Assembly (NCBI GenBank): GCA_963792585.1
Contig: CAWBWI010000001.1
Location: 1,312,001-1,376,000, forward strand
Length of the DNA: 64,000 bases
Direction: 5' to 3'
Source of the DNA: Candidatus Eiseniibacteriota bacterium
GTDB taxonomy: Bacteria > Eisenbacteria > RBG-16-71-46 > CAIMUX01 > VGJL01
Shown: positions 40,087 to 49,248 of the stretch, piece after piece
How positions within the stretch are numbered: position 1 is the stretch's first letter
Layout: every line of letters starts with the position of its first letter
Translations under genes and position numbers: made by a program
Notes under the pieces: model-generated
The model's input: the letters and a program-made list of their open reading frames with translations, nothing else
What the model was told of the DNA's origin: nothing
Databases searched by the model: none

Positions 40087-40596
40087 TCAGTCACCACGCC
40101 CGGGGCGAACGTACTCCCCGGTCCGGACCTTTCGGTGGATCTCCTTGGTTACTCTGGGCGTTATTTCATCCCACGGGACATGGATCGTGATCTCGAAAGC
40201 GCAGTGGTCGCATTTTGTGGTGGTCTCGCAGGAGCGGAAGTGCGGTGCGAAGGGGTTCTTGAGTGGCTTCAGGTCGAGTTGATACTTGCACTTCGGGCAT
40301 ACCGCGATGAGACTGTCGAACTCTCCCGCTCGTAGACCCCAGTCCCACTGCCAATCGAGTCCAAAGACCGAGTCGGTCCGGTAATGCTCGGGATTGGTCG
40401 GCCTGTCTACGCTCTTGATTGCGCCATCCCGACCGTTGGCAATGGCTGGAGTGGCGGGCCTACGCTTGAGGATTGCTGTGAGGACAAGAGCTAAGACTGG
40501 AAGGACGTATGCGGGAAGGTCGACTCGCTTCCGAAGAAGGCCGATGAACCCCTCGGCCTTCAGAATCTCAAGAAGGAGGCCGACGCCCAGGGTCAC
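40087..40596 (-). CDS. Membrane protein with a Zn-ribbon
   Basis: Two hydrophobic segments; CPKC...CDHC. Confidence 0.5.
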   Translation of the reverse strand: MTLGVGLLLEILKAEGFIGLLRKRVDLPAYVLPVLALVLTAILKRRPATPAIANGRDGAIKSVDRPTNPEHYRTDSVFGLDWQWDWGLRAGEFDSLIAVCPKCKYQLDLKPLKNPFAPHFRSCETTTKCDHCAFEITIHVPWDEITPRVTKEIHRKVRTGEYVRPGRGD

Positions 40597-40725
40597 GCCA
40601 GCAGTGATGAGGTATCGCTTCCTCGTTTGGACAGACCCTCCCGAGTTGGATTTCCACCAACCTTCCGGGTCTCGAATTCGCTACCCCTAGCGCTACCCCG
40701 GAACCATCCGGCCTCTGTAAGTCAT

Positions 40726-40799
<74 letters not shown>

Positions 40800-40814
40800 A
40801 CAAGACCTTAGTCA

Positions 40815-40905
40815 TGGCGGAGAGGGGGAGATTCGAACTCCCGGTGGGTTTTTGGCCCACAACACATTAGCAATGTGCCGCCTTCAGCCACTCGGCCACC
40901 TCTCC
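40815..40905 (-). tRNA. tRNA-Ser(GCT), CCA encoded
   Basis: GGAGAGGTGGCCGAGTGG..CACATT-GCT-AATGTG, long variable arm, GTTCGAATC, CCA. Confidence 0.95.
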
Positions 40906-40923
40906 GCGGCGAGAACCACGCCT

Positions 40924-41006
40924 CGGAGGGAGTAGGATTCGAACCTACGGGTCTTTCGACCTGCGGTTTTCAAGACCGCCGCCTTAAACCACTCGGCCAT
41001 CCCTCC
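40924..41006 (-). tRNA. tRNA-Ser(TGA)
   Basis: GGAGGGATGGCCGAGTGG..GCGGTCT-TGA-AAACCGC, variable arm, GGTTCGAATCC. Confidence 0.95.
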
Positions 41007-41431
41007 AGCCTTGCGAAAGTTAGGGCAAGGCAGGGCGGGGCGTCAAGGGGAGGAAAGACGCTTCGCATGGCGGGTTCTCGGGGGTTCCGAAAGCCCCTCG
41101 AACGGGTTGTGGATTGGATCGCACGCAGTTGCGCGATCCCCCCGCGACGGAGAAGAGCTGTCGGTCCCCGGGCACCGGGGCCGTAATCGCCATAATAGCC
41201 GATATCGATTGTTTTATGGCCGCGAGGGTATTGGCAGACGGCCCATGGGGTTGGCGTGTCCGAAACCGCGTATCGGATTTCCCTAAAGGCGCCCCAAAAA
41301 CCGCGCGAAGAAGGGTGGAGCGGATGATCCGATGGTCCGGGCAAGTCCTTCGCCGGTTTGCCGGATAGCATCGCGTCCGAGCGTAGACCGATCGACACCA
41401 ATATCCGGGAAGGCACAAAGAGGAGCTGGAG

Positions 41432-41836
41432 ATGAAGCTCAGAGCACTCGTGGTGGATGATTCCAGGATCATGAGGGCGATGGTGATGGAGTCGCTCAAG
41501 AAGTCGAACCTCGCGGAGTTCGAGTTCACGGAGGCGGTAGATGGAGCCGACGCGGTGAAGAAGTTCCACCGCGACAAGTTCGACATCATCTTCGCCGACT
41601 GGAACATGCCGAACATGAGCGGCGTCGAGTTTGCCCGTCATGTCCGCGGCCTGGGCAAGACCGAGCACATCCCGATCGTCATGGTCACGAGCGAAAAGAC
41701 CATGTCGAAGGTGGAAGAGGCGCTCGATGGAGCGGGAGCGAACGCGTTCATCTCCAAGCCATTCACCGTCGAGTACCTGGTGCAGAAGCTCTCCCGCGTG
41801 GTTGGCGGACTCGAGAAGAACGTTGACGTCAAATAG
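41432..41836 (+). CDS. CheY-like single-domain response regulator
   Basis: LVVDDS, DWNMPNMSG, VT, KPF. Confidence 0.9.
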   Translation: MKLRALVVDDSRIMRAMVMESLKKSNLAEFEFTEAVDGADAVKKFHRDKFDIIFADWNMPNMSGVEFARHVRGLGKTEHIPIVMVTSEKTMSKVEEALDGAGANAFISKPFTVEYLVQKLSRVVGGLEKNVDVK

Positions 41837-41876
41837 AGCCGCAACCACGAGGCCGCGCACGCAACGAGAGGGGAAC

Positions 41877-42356
41877 ATGGGAGAATCCAGAATCGAGACC
41901 GCTCACCTGACAGTTCTCAAGGACTCCACGATTTCCACCTTTGGGGCGTTCTGTGGGTCGGAACCAACCTTTGACGGAGACTTCGAGACCACCGATGACG
42001 GCGGGAGCGTTCAGGGGATCATCGCCGTGGTCGGCGACATCTCCTGGTCGGTGACGATCGGCTTCCCACCCAAAACGGCAACCACCCTGGCGGAGAAGTT
42101 CTCCGGGTTCGAGATCCCGTTCGAGAGCGACGACATGACGGACGTCGTCGGCGAACTCGCGAACGTCCTTGCGGGAGACATCGTTGCCAAACTCGAGGGC
42201 ATCGGGGTTCGCGTGCAGATGTCGCTTCCGAGCGTCGCACGGGGAAAGAACTTCAGCATGGTCCACCCGGGTTCCGCATCGGCAGCCCGTATGCGTTTCG
42301 GTCTCCCCCAGGGCACCATGTGGGTCGAATTGGCTGTGCCGAAGAAAGCGGCCTGA
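41877..42356 (+). CDS. cheX: CheX-family phosphatase
   Basis: DVVGELANVLAG (ExxN), MSLPSV. Confidence 0.8.
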   Translation: MGESRIETAHLTVLKDSTISTFGAFCGSEPTFDGDFETTDDGGSVQGIIAVVGDISWSVTIGFPPKTATTLAEKFSGFEIPFESDDMTDVVGELANVLAGDIVAKLEGIGVRVQMSLPSVARGKNFSMVHPGSASAARMRFGLPQGTMWVELAVPKKAA

Positions 42357-42422
42357 TCCAGCTATCGCCGGCGGGATCCGTCTCGGATCCGATGGAACCG
42401 CACGCCGGCAGCGCTCGGACGA

Positions 42423-43532
42423 TCAATCGACGGCGAGCGCCTCGTCGATCCGCGCACCCGCGAGCATTCGATCTCCCTTGTAGAAGACGACGGATTGCCC
42501 CGGCGCGATCGCTCCCTCCGGCTCGCTGAATCGGACGATCCACCTCTCCCCGCAAGCGCCGACGCGGCAGGGGGTGCCGGCATGGCGGTAGCGGATACGG
42601 GCGATCACTCCATCCCCTTCGAGGATCTCCATGGGCGCGAGGAGATTGCCGTCGATCGCGGCCAGCCCGCCCGCAAGGGTCGCCTCCTTCGGTCCGACCC
42701 ACAGCGTTGCCGATGCCGGCTCGATGCCAACCACATAGAGGCGTTCCCCGCCGCCAACCCCGACACCGCGACGTTGCCCGAGGGTGTAGCCGAGGAGTCC
42801 CTCGTGCTCCCCGACGACCCGTCCGGCGGAATCGCGTACGGATCCCGGCACGCGCATCGGATGCCCCTCCGGCAGCCGCTCCGCCAAGAAGCGCGGATGC
42901 TCCCCCGACGGCACGAAGCAGATGTCCTGGCTCTCGACGCTGTCCCAAGCCCGCAGGCCGATTCTCCGCGCGAGGCGGCGCACCGCCGCCTTCCGGGCGC
43001 GCCCCAACGGGAAGAGACAACGATCCAGACGCGACCGATCGAGTCCCCAGAGAACGTACGACTGGTCCTTCGTGCGATCGTGAGCGCGAAAGAGCGCCCA
43101 ACCGTCCTCTGCCTGCGCGCAGACGACGTAGTGACCGGTGGCCACCGCGTCGAATCCCATCCGCTGGGCCTTGTCGAGCAGCGGACCAAATTTCACGTAG
43201 GTGTTGCAGCGAACGCACGGATTCGGTGTCTTTGCGCGGGCATACTCGTCGACGAAGTTGCCGACCACCTCGCGACGGAAGGTCTCTTCCATATCGACGA
43301 CGGTATGGTCGATGCCGAGCAGATCGGCGCTCGAGCGGGCTTCACGCACCGCCTCCATGTCGCAACACGGACGCGCCGGCCCCTCCTGCCGCGATGAGCA
43401 GAAGAGACGCATCGTTGCGCCGGCCACTTCGTGACCGGCGCTCTTGAGCATGTAGGCTGCAACGGCGCTGTCGACGCCGCCGCTCATCGCAACGAGGACG
43501 CGCATCGGTCGCTCGGGTCGTACGAGGTCCAT
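42423..43532 (-). CDS. mnmA: tRNA 2-thiouridine(34) synthase
   Basis: AMSGGVDS, TPNPC..CN, ATGHY, KDQSY, SQDICF, APGQ. Confidence 0.95.
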   Translation of the reverse strand: MDLVRPERPMRVLVAMSGGVDSAVAAYMLKSAGHEVAGATMRLFCSSRQEGPARPCCDMEAVREARSSADLLGIDHTVVDMEETFRREVVGNFVDEYARAKTPNPCVRCNTYVKFGPLLDKAQRMGFDAVATGHYVVCAQAEDGWALFRAHDRTKDQSYVLWGLDRSRLDRCLFPLGRARKAAVRRLARRIGLRAWDSVESQDICFVPSGEHPRFLAERLPEGHPMRVPGSVRDSAGRVVGEHEGLLGYTLGQRRGVGVGGGERLYVVGIEPASATLWVGPKEATLAGGLAAIDGNLLAPMEILEGDGVIARIRYRHAGTPCRVGACGERWIVRFSEPEGAIAPGQSVVFYKGDRMLAGARIDEALAVD

Positions 43533-43577
43533 GTTCTCTTTCCTGCGGCCGATGTGCGCTTCCGGGTAGGCTCCGTA

Positions 43578-44210
43578 CTAGGGCTGCTCTCCCGCCGGCA
43601 GAAGACCCTGAAGGGTCTGGACGCCCTCGGCGGCCGTCTTGCCCGCCTCACCGTTCGGATCGAGCTCGACGACCTTCCTCCATTCGCGGATCGCTTCCCT
43701 GTAGATGCCGACGTCGGCGAATGCGGTCCCGAGCAGCCAATGCGGGAGAGGGCTCTTCGGATCGGCGGTCATCGCCTTGATATACAGGTCGATGGCTTTC
43801 TGGTATTCCTTCTGGGCGTAGTGCGCCTGCCCCATGTTGCAGAGCACCGTGACATCATTGGGCGCAATGGCGATGGCCTTGCGAAACTGATTCAATGCCT
43901 CCTCGGACTTCCCTTCCTCGTTGAGCACCACACCCAGATTGACCAGCGCCTGGACGTAGTTCGGCTTGAGCTCGACGGCTTTCTCGTAGCTCTGCTGCGC
44001 CTCCGTCCGACGACCCTGGTCGTACATCATGTTGCCCAACTTGAACTGGAGTTCCGCATCGTTCGGAGACTTCTTGATCTGCTCCCGGACCTCCGCCTCG
44101 GCCTTGGCGGGATCGGCCGGCGCATCCTCGGCAAGGGCCAGGGAGGCACAGCACGCGGCCATTGTGACCACGATTGCCAGGAGACGGGCGGGCCGTCCGA
44201 AACGCTTCAT
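43578..44210 (-). CDS. Secreted TPR-repeat protein
   Basis: Signal peptide and several TPR repeats. Confidence 0.85.
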   Translation of the reverse strand: MKRFGRPARLLAIVVTMAACCASLALAEDAPADPAKAEAEVREQIKKSPNDAELQFKLGNMMYDQGRRTEAQQSYEKAVELKPNYVQALVNLGVVLNEEGKSEEALNQFRKAIAIAPNDVTVLCNMGQAHYAQKEYQKAIDLYIKAMTADPKSPLPHWLLGTAFADVGIYREAIREWRKVVELDPNGEAGKTAAEGVQTLQGLLPAGEQP

Positions 44211-44237
44211 CGTCAGTTTCCTCCTCAAATCATCTCG

Positions 44238-45701
44238 CTAGACGCGGAAACGGTCCGCGCGGGTCTGTTGGTCGCGCACCTGGCTCCCGAGACTCTCGAG
44301 CCCCTTCTTGCCCAGGGCCGCGTGGGTCAACCGCTTGCCCTCCTCGACGCCGGGCTGGTCGAATGGATTGACATGATACAGCATCCCGGCCGCGATCGTC
44401 GCCCACTCGTATAGGTAGAAGAGCTGTCCGAGCGCATCGGCATCGAGCCGGGCCACGTCCACGACCAGGAGGGGCCGCTGGGCCCCGGTGAGCACCAGTT
44501 CGGTCGCCGTCCGCTCGATCGCGAGGAGTTCGCCGATCGCGTGCCCGGGAATGTGATCAAGTTGCTCTTCGCCCAGCTCCGGCATCTCCGGCCGGGGAAT
44601 CGGGATCTCGGTCCAGGGCTCACGGACTCCGATCGTGGTGATCAGCTTGTCATTCGGCCCCTCGACATAGAGCTGAAGCTGCGAATGCTGGTCGGTCGCC
44701 CCGAGCGCCCGCACGGGCGTCTGCCCGACAGGAGAACGCTCCTCCCCGAACGGGGTGTGGCGCTTGCCGAGACTCTCGGCCCAGAGCTGGCAGAACCACT
44801 CGGAGAAGGAACGGAGTCCGTCGCAGTAGGGAATCATGACGGTCATCGACTTACCGCGGGCCCGATCCATGAACTGGTGGACGCCGGCGAGGGCGAGGGC
44901 CGGGTTTTCCTTCCAGGAGAAGGAACGACAGCGCTCGTCCATTCGGGCGGCCCCTGCGAGCAGCGCCTCGGGATCGACTCCGGCGACCGCTGCAGGGAGA
45001 AGTCCCACTGCAGTGAGCACGGAGAATCGCCCCCCCACGCCCGGCGGGACCGGGAGGGCCCGGAGCGCCCGCGTCCGGGAGAGCTTGCGAAGGAATCCCT
45101 TCTCCGGATCGGTCGTGACGATGAAGTGATCGGCGGCCTTCGGTCCCAGCGCCTCCGCAAGTCTCTCCCAGACGACGAGGTACTGCGCCAGCGTCTCCAC
45201 CGTCGTTCCCGACTTGCTGATCACGTTGTAGATGCTCTCCTGCGGCGGCGCGACCTCGAGAAGGCCGGCGAGCGTGTCCGGATCGACATTCTCCGCGACG
45301 AAGAGCCTCGGCGTGCCCCGTTTTTCATCCGAAAGGAGGTTTTGAAATGCCGGCAGGCAGGCATCGTAGATCGCCCGCGCCCCCAGGGCCGAGCCGCCAA
45401 TGCCGAGGATCACGAAGTTCCGCGCCGTTCGGCAATGCGCGGCCGCGGCCCGGATGTCCGCAACCCCTTCGGTCTGCAGAGGCAGGTCGAGCACCTCGAG
45501 GTGCCCCTGCATCCGCCGTTCCCGAATTTCCTCCGCGACCCGTTCCAGCTCCGGCTCGAGAGTCTTCCAGTCGGACTGCGACATCCCGTGCATCGGACCG
45601 ATCGCTTCCGCGAGGACACCGGACAGGTCGACGCGCACGTCCTCTACGCCCATCGTCCGCCCGCGTGACTGCTGCGCGCCCGTTACCCGCTCCTGCATCA
45701 C
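44238..45701 (-). CDS. pgi: Glucose-6-phosphate isomerase (start may be 45653)
   Basis: GIGGS, SKSGTT, VGGRFS, QLWAESLGK, DQHS, FDQPGVE. Confidence 0.95.
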   Translation of the reverse strand: MMQERVTGAQQSRGRTMGVEDVRVDLSGVLAEAIGPMHGMSQSDWKTLEPELERVAEEIRERRMQGHLEVLDLPLQTEGVADIRAAAAHCRTARNFVILGIGGSALGARAIYDACLPAFQNLLSDEKRGTPRLFVAENVDPDTLAGLLEVAPPQESIYNVISKSGTTVETLAQYLVVWERLAEALGPKAADHFIVTTDPEKGFLRKLSRTRALRALPVPPGVGGRFSVLTAVGLLPAAVAGVDPEALLAGAARMDERCRSFSWKENPALALAGVHQFMDRARGKSMTVMIPYCDGLRSFSEWFCQLWAESLGKRHTPFGEERSPVGQTPVRALGATDQHSQLQLYVEGPNDKLITTIGVREPWTEIPIPRPEMPELGEEQLDHIPGHAIGELLAIERTATELVLTGAQRPLLVVDVARLDADALGQLFYLYEWATIAAGMLYHVNPFDQPGVEEGKRLTHAALGKKGLESLGSQVRDQQTRADRFRV

Positions 45702-46465
45702 CGACCTCCCTTCCTCCCTCGGTTCTTACCTGCCTTGCGGCGAATCTCTTCGATCCTGCGTTGCTGCGCACGCACACCCCGCGCCCGCTTCGCCTCGCGG
45801 CTTCCGCCGACAGGAGGCGTCGCGGCGGGTTCCGGGGGCGGCTTCGGGGTCATCGCCGCCGGCTTCGGAGGGGCCGGGATCGCGCGTGCATCGGGGACGT
45901 ACCGATCGGGCGCGGCCTTGGAACGCATGGGCCTTTGCCGGACGGGCGCCTCCGCTTCCAGCGCCAGGAAGTGCGCCTCGATGTCCGAGAAATCCCCGGG
46001 TGGTCGCCTCTCGCTCCGGCGCTCCTCCGGAGCCGGACCTTCCAGCCGTCGAAACAACTCCGAGGGTTCCACCCTCACGACCTGCCTGGGCAAGCGCGCG
46101 CCCAGGGTCGCACGATCCGATGTGACGACGACCACGGATCGCCCTTCGCGGATCAGCCGCATCGTCATCATGACGATCCGGTCATCCGCCTCCTCTTCAG
46201 GCGCAAGGCTGTACACACTCTCCACACGCCCACCCCGCCGGGCGTCCGGATTGCGTTCCAACCGATTCCCGTCGTAGACGATCTGGACCTCGACCCCGTG
46301 CGTCGCGGCAAATCGCTCGAGGATCTCCTCGAGCCGGCGGCGCGCCTCGCCCTTCCGGTCCCCGACTTGAAGCTCCTCGAGATCGCGGTGGGAGAAGATG
46401 GCATTGTGACCGTCCACGATCCAGCGGTACCGGCGAATGTCATTGGGCCATCTTGGGTGCTTCAT
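45698..46465 (-). CDS. NYN/YacP-like RNase
   Basis: IVDGHN, VYDG, EADDRI, VVTSD. Confidence 0.8.
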   Translation of the reverse strand: MKHPRWPNDIRRYRWIVDGHNAIFSHRDLEELQVGDRKGEARRRLEEILERFAATHGVEVQIVYDGNRLERNPDARRGGRVESVYSLAPEEEADDRIVMMTMRLIREGRSVVVVTSDRATLGARLPRQVVRVEPSELFRRLEGPAPEERRSERRPPGDFSDIEAHFLALEAEAPVRQRPMRSKAAPDRYVPDARAIPAPPKPAAMTPKPPPEPAATPPVGGSREAKRARGVRAQQRRIEEIRRKAGKNRGRKGGR

Positions 46466-46640
46466 CCCGACCGGGCTCCTCCCGAGTTCATCGTAGCGTT
46501 TCGGGAGGACTGCCGGTATGGACGGAATCGGGGGGGAAAAGGAAGAGGGAGCCGCACCGTGCGGGCTCCCTCCATACCGCTCCGACCGAGGCCCCGAGGG
46601 GCATTGGGACCCTCGGCCGGCGGCGGTAACCCATGTCGAG

Positions 46641-47747
46641 CTAGGAACCGAGGCAGGCGCCTTCTTTCCAAGCTCCCTCGAAGAACCCGTCTCCGCCATC
46701 GCGGGCGGCGCGCCAGTGACCGCGCACCGTTCCGACCGCGGCACCGTTCTCGTCGACCCACTCGCCCTGCAACATGCCGTGCGTGCGCAGGCGGTTCGAC
46801 TGGGACGGACTTTCGATCCCCCTGTCCTCCCAGCTACCGCGGAGGATTCCGCGGAAGTTGCCGGCACGGTCGACGTACTTGCCGAAGAAGACCTTCTCGC
46901 CCTTGGTGTTGATCCCCCAGATGCCGCGGACGTTGCCGGCCACACTTCCATCGGCGGCGACCCACCGACCCTGGAAATGACCATCCATGCCCGGCTCACG
47001 AGGAGCGAGCCATGCCCCGCCGACAAAACCGCGGTTGCATAGCTGTGGCATCATCCGGAACGAGCGGATCGCGAACTTGTTTCCCAGGTCGTCGATCACT
47101 TCCGTCCGATCGAGGTCGGCGAGATCGTTGACCGCGAGAACCCACTGGTGATCCCCGGCGGTGATCGTGAGGCTGTCGGTCACGCCATCATCACCGACAC
47201 CCAAGTTCTGCAGAACGAGCAACCGGAGCCCGTCGAAACCGCCGCTCGTGTGGCTGACCCACATCACCTTGTCACGCTCGGCGCGAGGTCCCACAAGGTA
47301 GTCGTCACGCTCGAAGGCGATCGTAGCGCGAGCGACCAACGCCCCGTGGTTGACGATTGCGGAGCCGGACCAGTCGAAGTTCTGCGCACCGTCGCCGTCG
47401 TCATTCGTGTGGATCGATGGGTCGCTGTCCAGGACGCCCCACAGAAGCGTCAGCGCGTAGGCCCGGAACGTGTCCGAGTTCTGCCATCCAAGGACATCGG
47501 GATCCGATGCGAACGCGTCTTCCGCGGCCACCTCGAGATCGCAACTCGCGGCGAGATCTTCGTCGCCGAAGAAGGGCGCCTCGCTCTGCGATGTGTATCC
47601 GCCGAGCGATTCGTCGAGATTCGGATTCTCTTGCGTGGGTATACCCTGATTCGTCGGTTGCGTGGCTTCCTTGCCGCATCCGACGAGGAGGAGGGTCGAT
47701 AGTGCGACCATGACTGCCAGCAGGGCTGGATTCCGTCGTTGGTTCAC
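46641..47747 (-). CDS. Lipoprotein, hypothetical, with C-terminal GxxxGxW repeats
   Basis: Lipobox LLVGC; repeated G.(F/L).G.W. Confidence 0.75.
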   Translation of the reverse strand: MNQRRNPALLAVMVALSTLLLVGCGKEATQPTNQGIPTQENPNLDESLGGYTSQSEAPFFGDEDLAASCDLEVAAEDAFASDPDVLGWQNSDTFRAYALTLLWGVLDSDPSIHTNDDGDGAQNFDWSGSAIVNHGALVARATIAFERDDYLVGPRAERDKVMWVSHTSGGFDGLRLLVLQNLGVGDDGVTDSLTITAGDHQWVLAVNDLADLDRTEVIDDLGNKFAIRSFRMMPQLCNRGFVGGAWLAPREPGMDGHFQGRWVAADGSVAGNVRGIWGINTKGEKVFFGKYVDRAGNFRGILRGSWEDRGIESPSQSNRLRTHGMLQGEWVDENGAAVGTVRGHWRAARDGGDGFFEGAWKEGACLGS

Positions 47748-47880
47748 GTGGTCACCCCTTTTCTATGCGCCCCCCCTACTGACCGATGGCGATCCGACGG
47801 GGCTTGCCCCTTCCCCTTCGTCGCCACACATGCCCTATCCAGAGATGTGCCAGCGAGCCGTCCGCACGTCATGAATGCTG

Positions 47881-47910
47881 CATCATGTTGTATTATAATA
47901 CTTTACGATG
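47881..47910. promoter_or_regulatory. AT-rich palindrome between divergent genes
   Basis: Perfect GTATTATAATAC (47890-47901) within symmetric CATC...GATG; contains TATAAT. Confidence 0.45.
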
Positions 47911-48049
47911 GCACTATCGGTACGCGACCGTCGTGCTCCTCCATCGGGTTGCAGTCCGACTGTCCCGGTAGGTACACGCGGCCGAACGACCTGTACGCAA
48001 ACGCGCCGACTCCTGGCAATCGAGGAGACGCTGTGGCAGGCTCCCTCCG

Positions 48050-48757
48050 ATGATCCCGCTGCGCGACGACAACCCGACCCGCTCGAGGGCCTGGATGACC
48101 ATTCTGCTGATCTCACTCAATGGGATCATCTCGCTCATCCAGTGGCTCATGCCCGACGCCCAGCTGCAGGAACTCGTCTACCGCGCCGCGTTGATCCCCG
48201 CTCGTCTGGGGGGATCGCTGCAGGCTCCGGGTTTGCCGCCGATGTTGACCCTGTTGACCTCCCAGTTCTTTCATGGAGGCATCCTCCATCTGGCCGGCAA
48301 CATGCTCTTCCTCTGGATCTTCGGGAATAACGTGGAGGAGGAGTTTGGCCATTTGCGCTTCCTCGCCTTCTATCTGCTCTGCGGAATCGGCGCGGGCCTG
48401 GTCCACTACGCGACGACACCCGGGAGCACGGTCCCCACGATCGGGGCCTCCGGCGCGATCTCGGGCGTCCTCGGCGCCTACGCCTTGATGTTCCCGCGCG
48501 CGCGGATCCAGACGTTGGTCATCCTCGTCTTCTGGATCTCGGTGGTGCCGATTCCGGCGCTCCTATGGGTCGCCATCTGGTTCGGGGTACAGCTCCTCCA
48601 AGGATTGGCCACGGGCGGTCGTGGAGCGGGTGGGGGCGTCGCGTGGTTCGCGCACGTCGGAGGCCTGATCGTGGGCGTGCTGCTCCAGTTCTTCTTCCGT
48701 CGCTCCAGACCCCGCAGTCGTGTCGACCCCTTCGGAGGGTCCTGGGGCCGCGGCTAG
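48050..48757 (+). CDS. Rhomboid intramembrane serine protease
   Basis: MIPLRDDNP, HLAGNM, GASG, AHVGG. Confidence 0.92.
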   Translation: MIPLRDDNPTRSRAWMTILLISLNGIISLIQWLMPDAQLQELVYRAALIPARLGGSLQAPGLPPMLTLLTSQFFHGGILHLAGNMLFLWIFGNNVEEEFGHLRFLAFYLLCGIGAGLVHYATTPGSTVPTIGASGAISGVLGAYALMFPRARIQTLVILVFWISVVPIPALLWVAIWFGVQLLQGLATGGRGAGGGVAWFAHVGGLIVGVLLQFFFRRSRPRSRVDPFGGSWGRG

Positions 48758-49092
48758 ACAGATCGCGCCCCATTCCCATCCCCCGACGAAGCGGCACGCC
48801 CGTCGACATTTCCCGCCAGGACGAGGAGCCGCATCCGCAATCCCCGACGTTCCCGGCGGAACTGGGGATCGGTCCGTGCGATCTCATCGAGGGTCCCCAG
48901 GATCGTCCTCGAGAGGCTTACCGCGACCGGGTCGATGGGAAGCTCGCGTGCGACCCGTTCGAGAGTGTCGACGGCCGATTCGACGCGGCCCTCGAGATAG
49001 GAACGGGCAGCCTTCTCGATGGTCCCACGCACGCCCATGCCCTGCTCATGCTTGGCGATCGACGATTCGTTCACACCGGGCTTGCCATGCAA
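48754..49092 (-). CDS. Small hypothetical protein
   Basis: ORF with plausible helical composition only. Confidence 0.35.
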   Translation of the reverse strand: MHGKPGVNESSIAKHEQGMGVRGTIEKAARSYLEGRVESAVDTLERVARELPIDPVAVSLSRTILGTLDEIARTDPQFRRERRGLRMRLLVLAGNVDGRAASSGDGNGARSV

Positions 49093-49248
49093 TCCCTGTG
49101 CCGATCGACCTCAACAGGCTTCGAACTGGAAACCAAGCTCCCGCACAATCATCGGCGGTTCACCGAGCTCGAGAGATCCCGCGCTTCCCGATGGGACGTC
49201 TGAATTCCGACGGTGAGTGCGGGGCGCCGTCCGTTTGGCGACGCCGCG

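Noticed and set aside
41010..41430. c-di-GMP riboswitch upstream of cheY
   Set aside because: Consensus elements were not found by eye.
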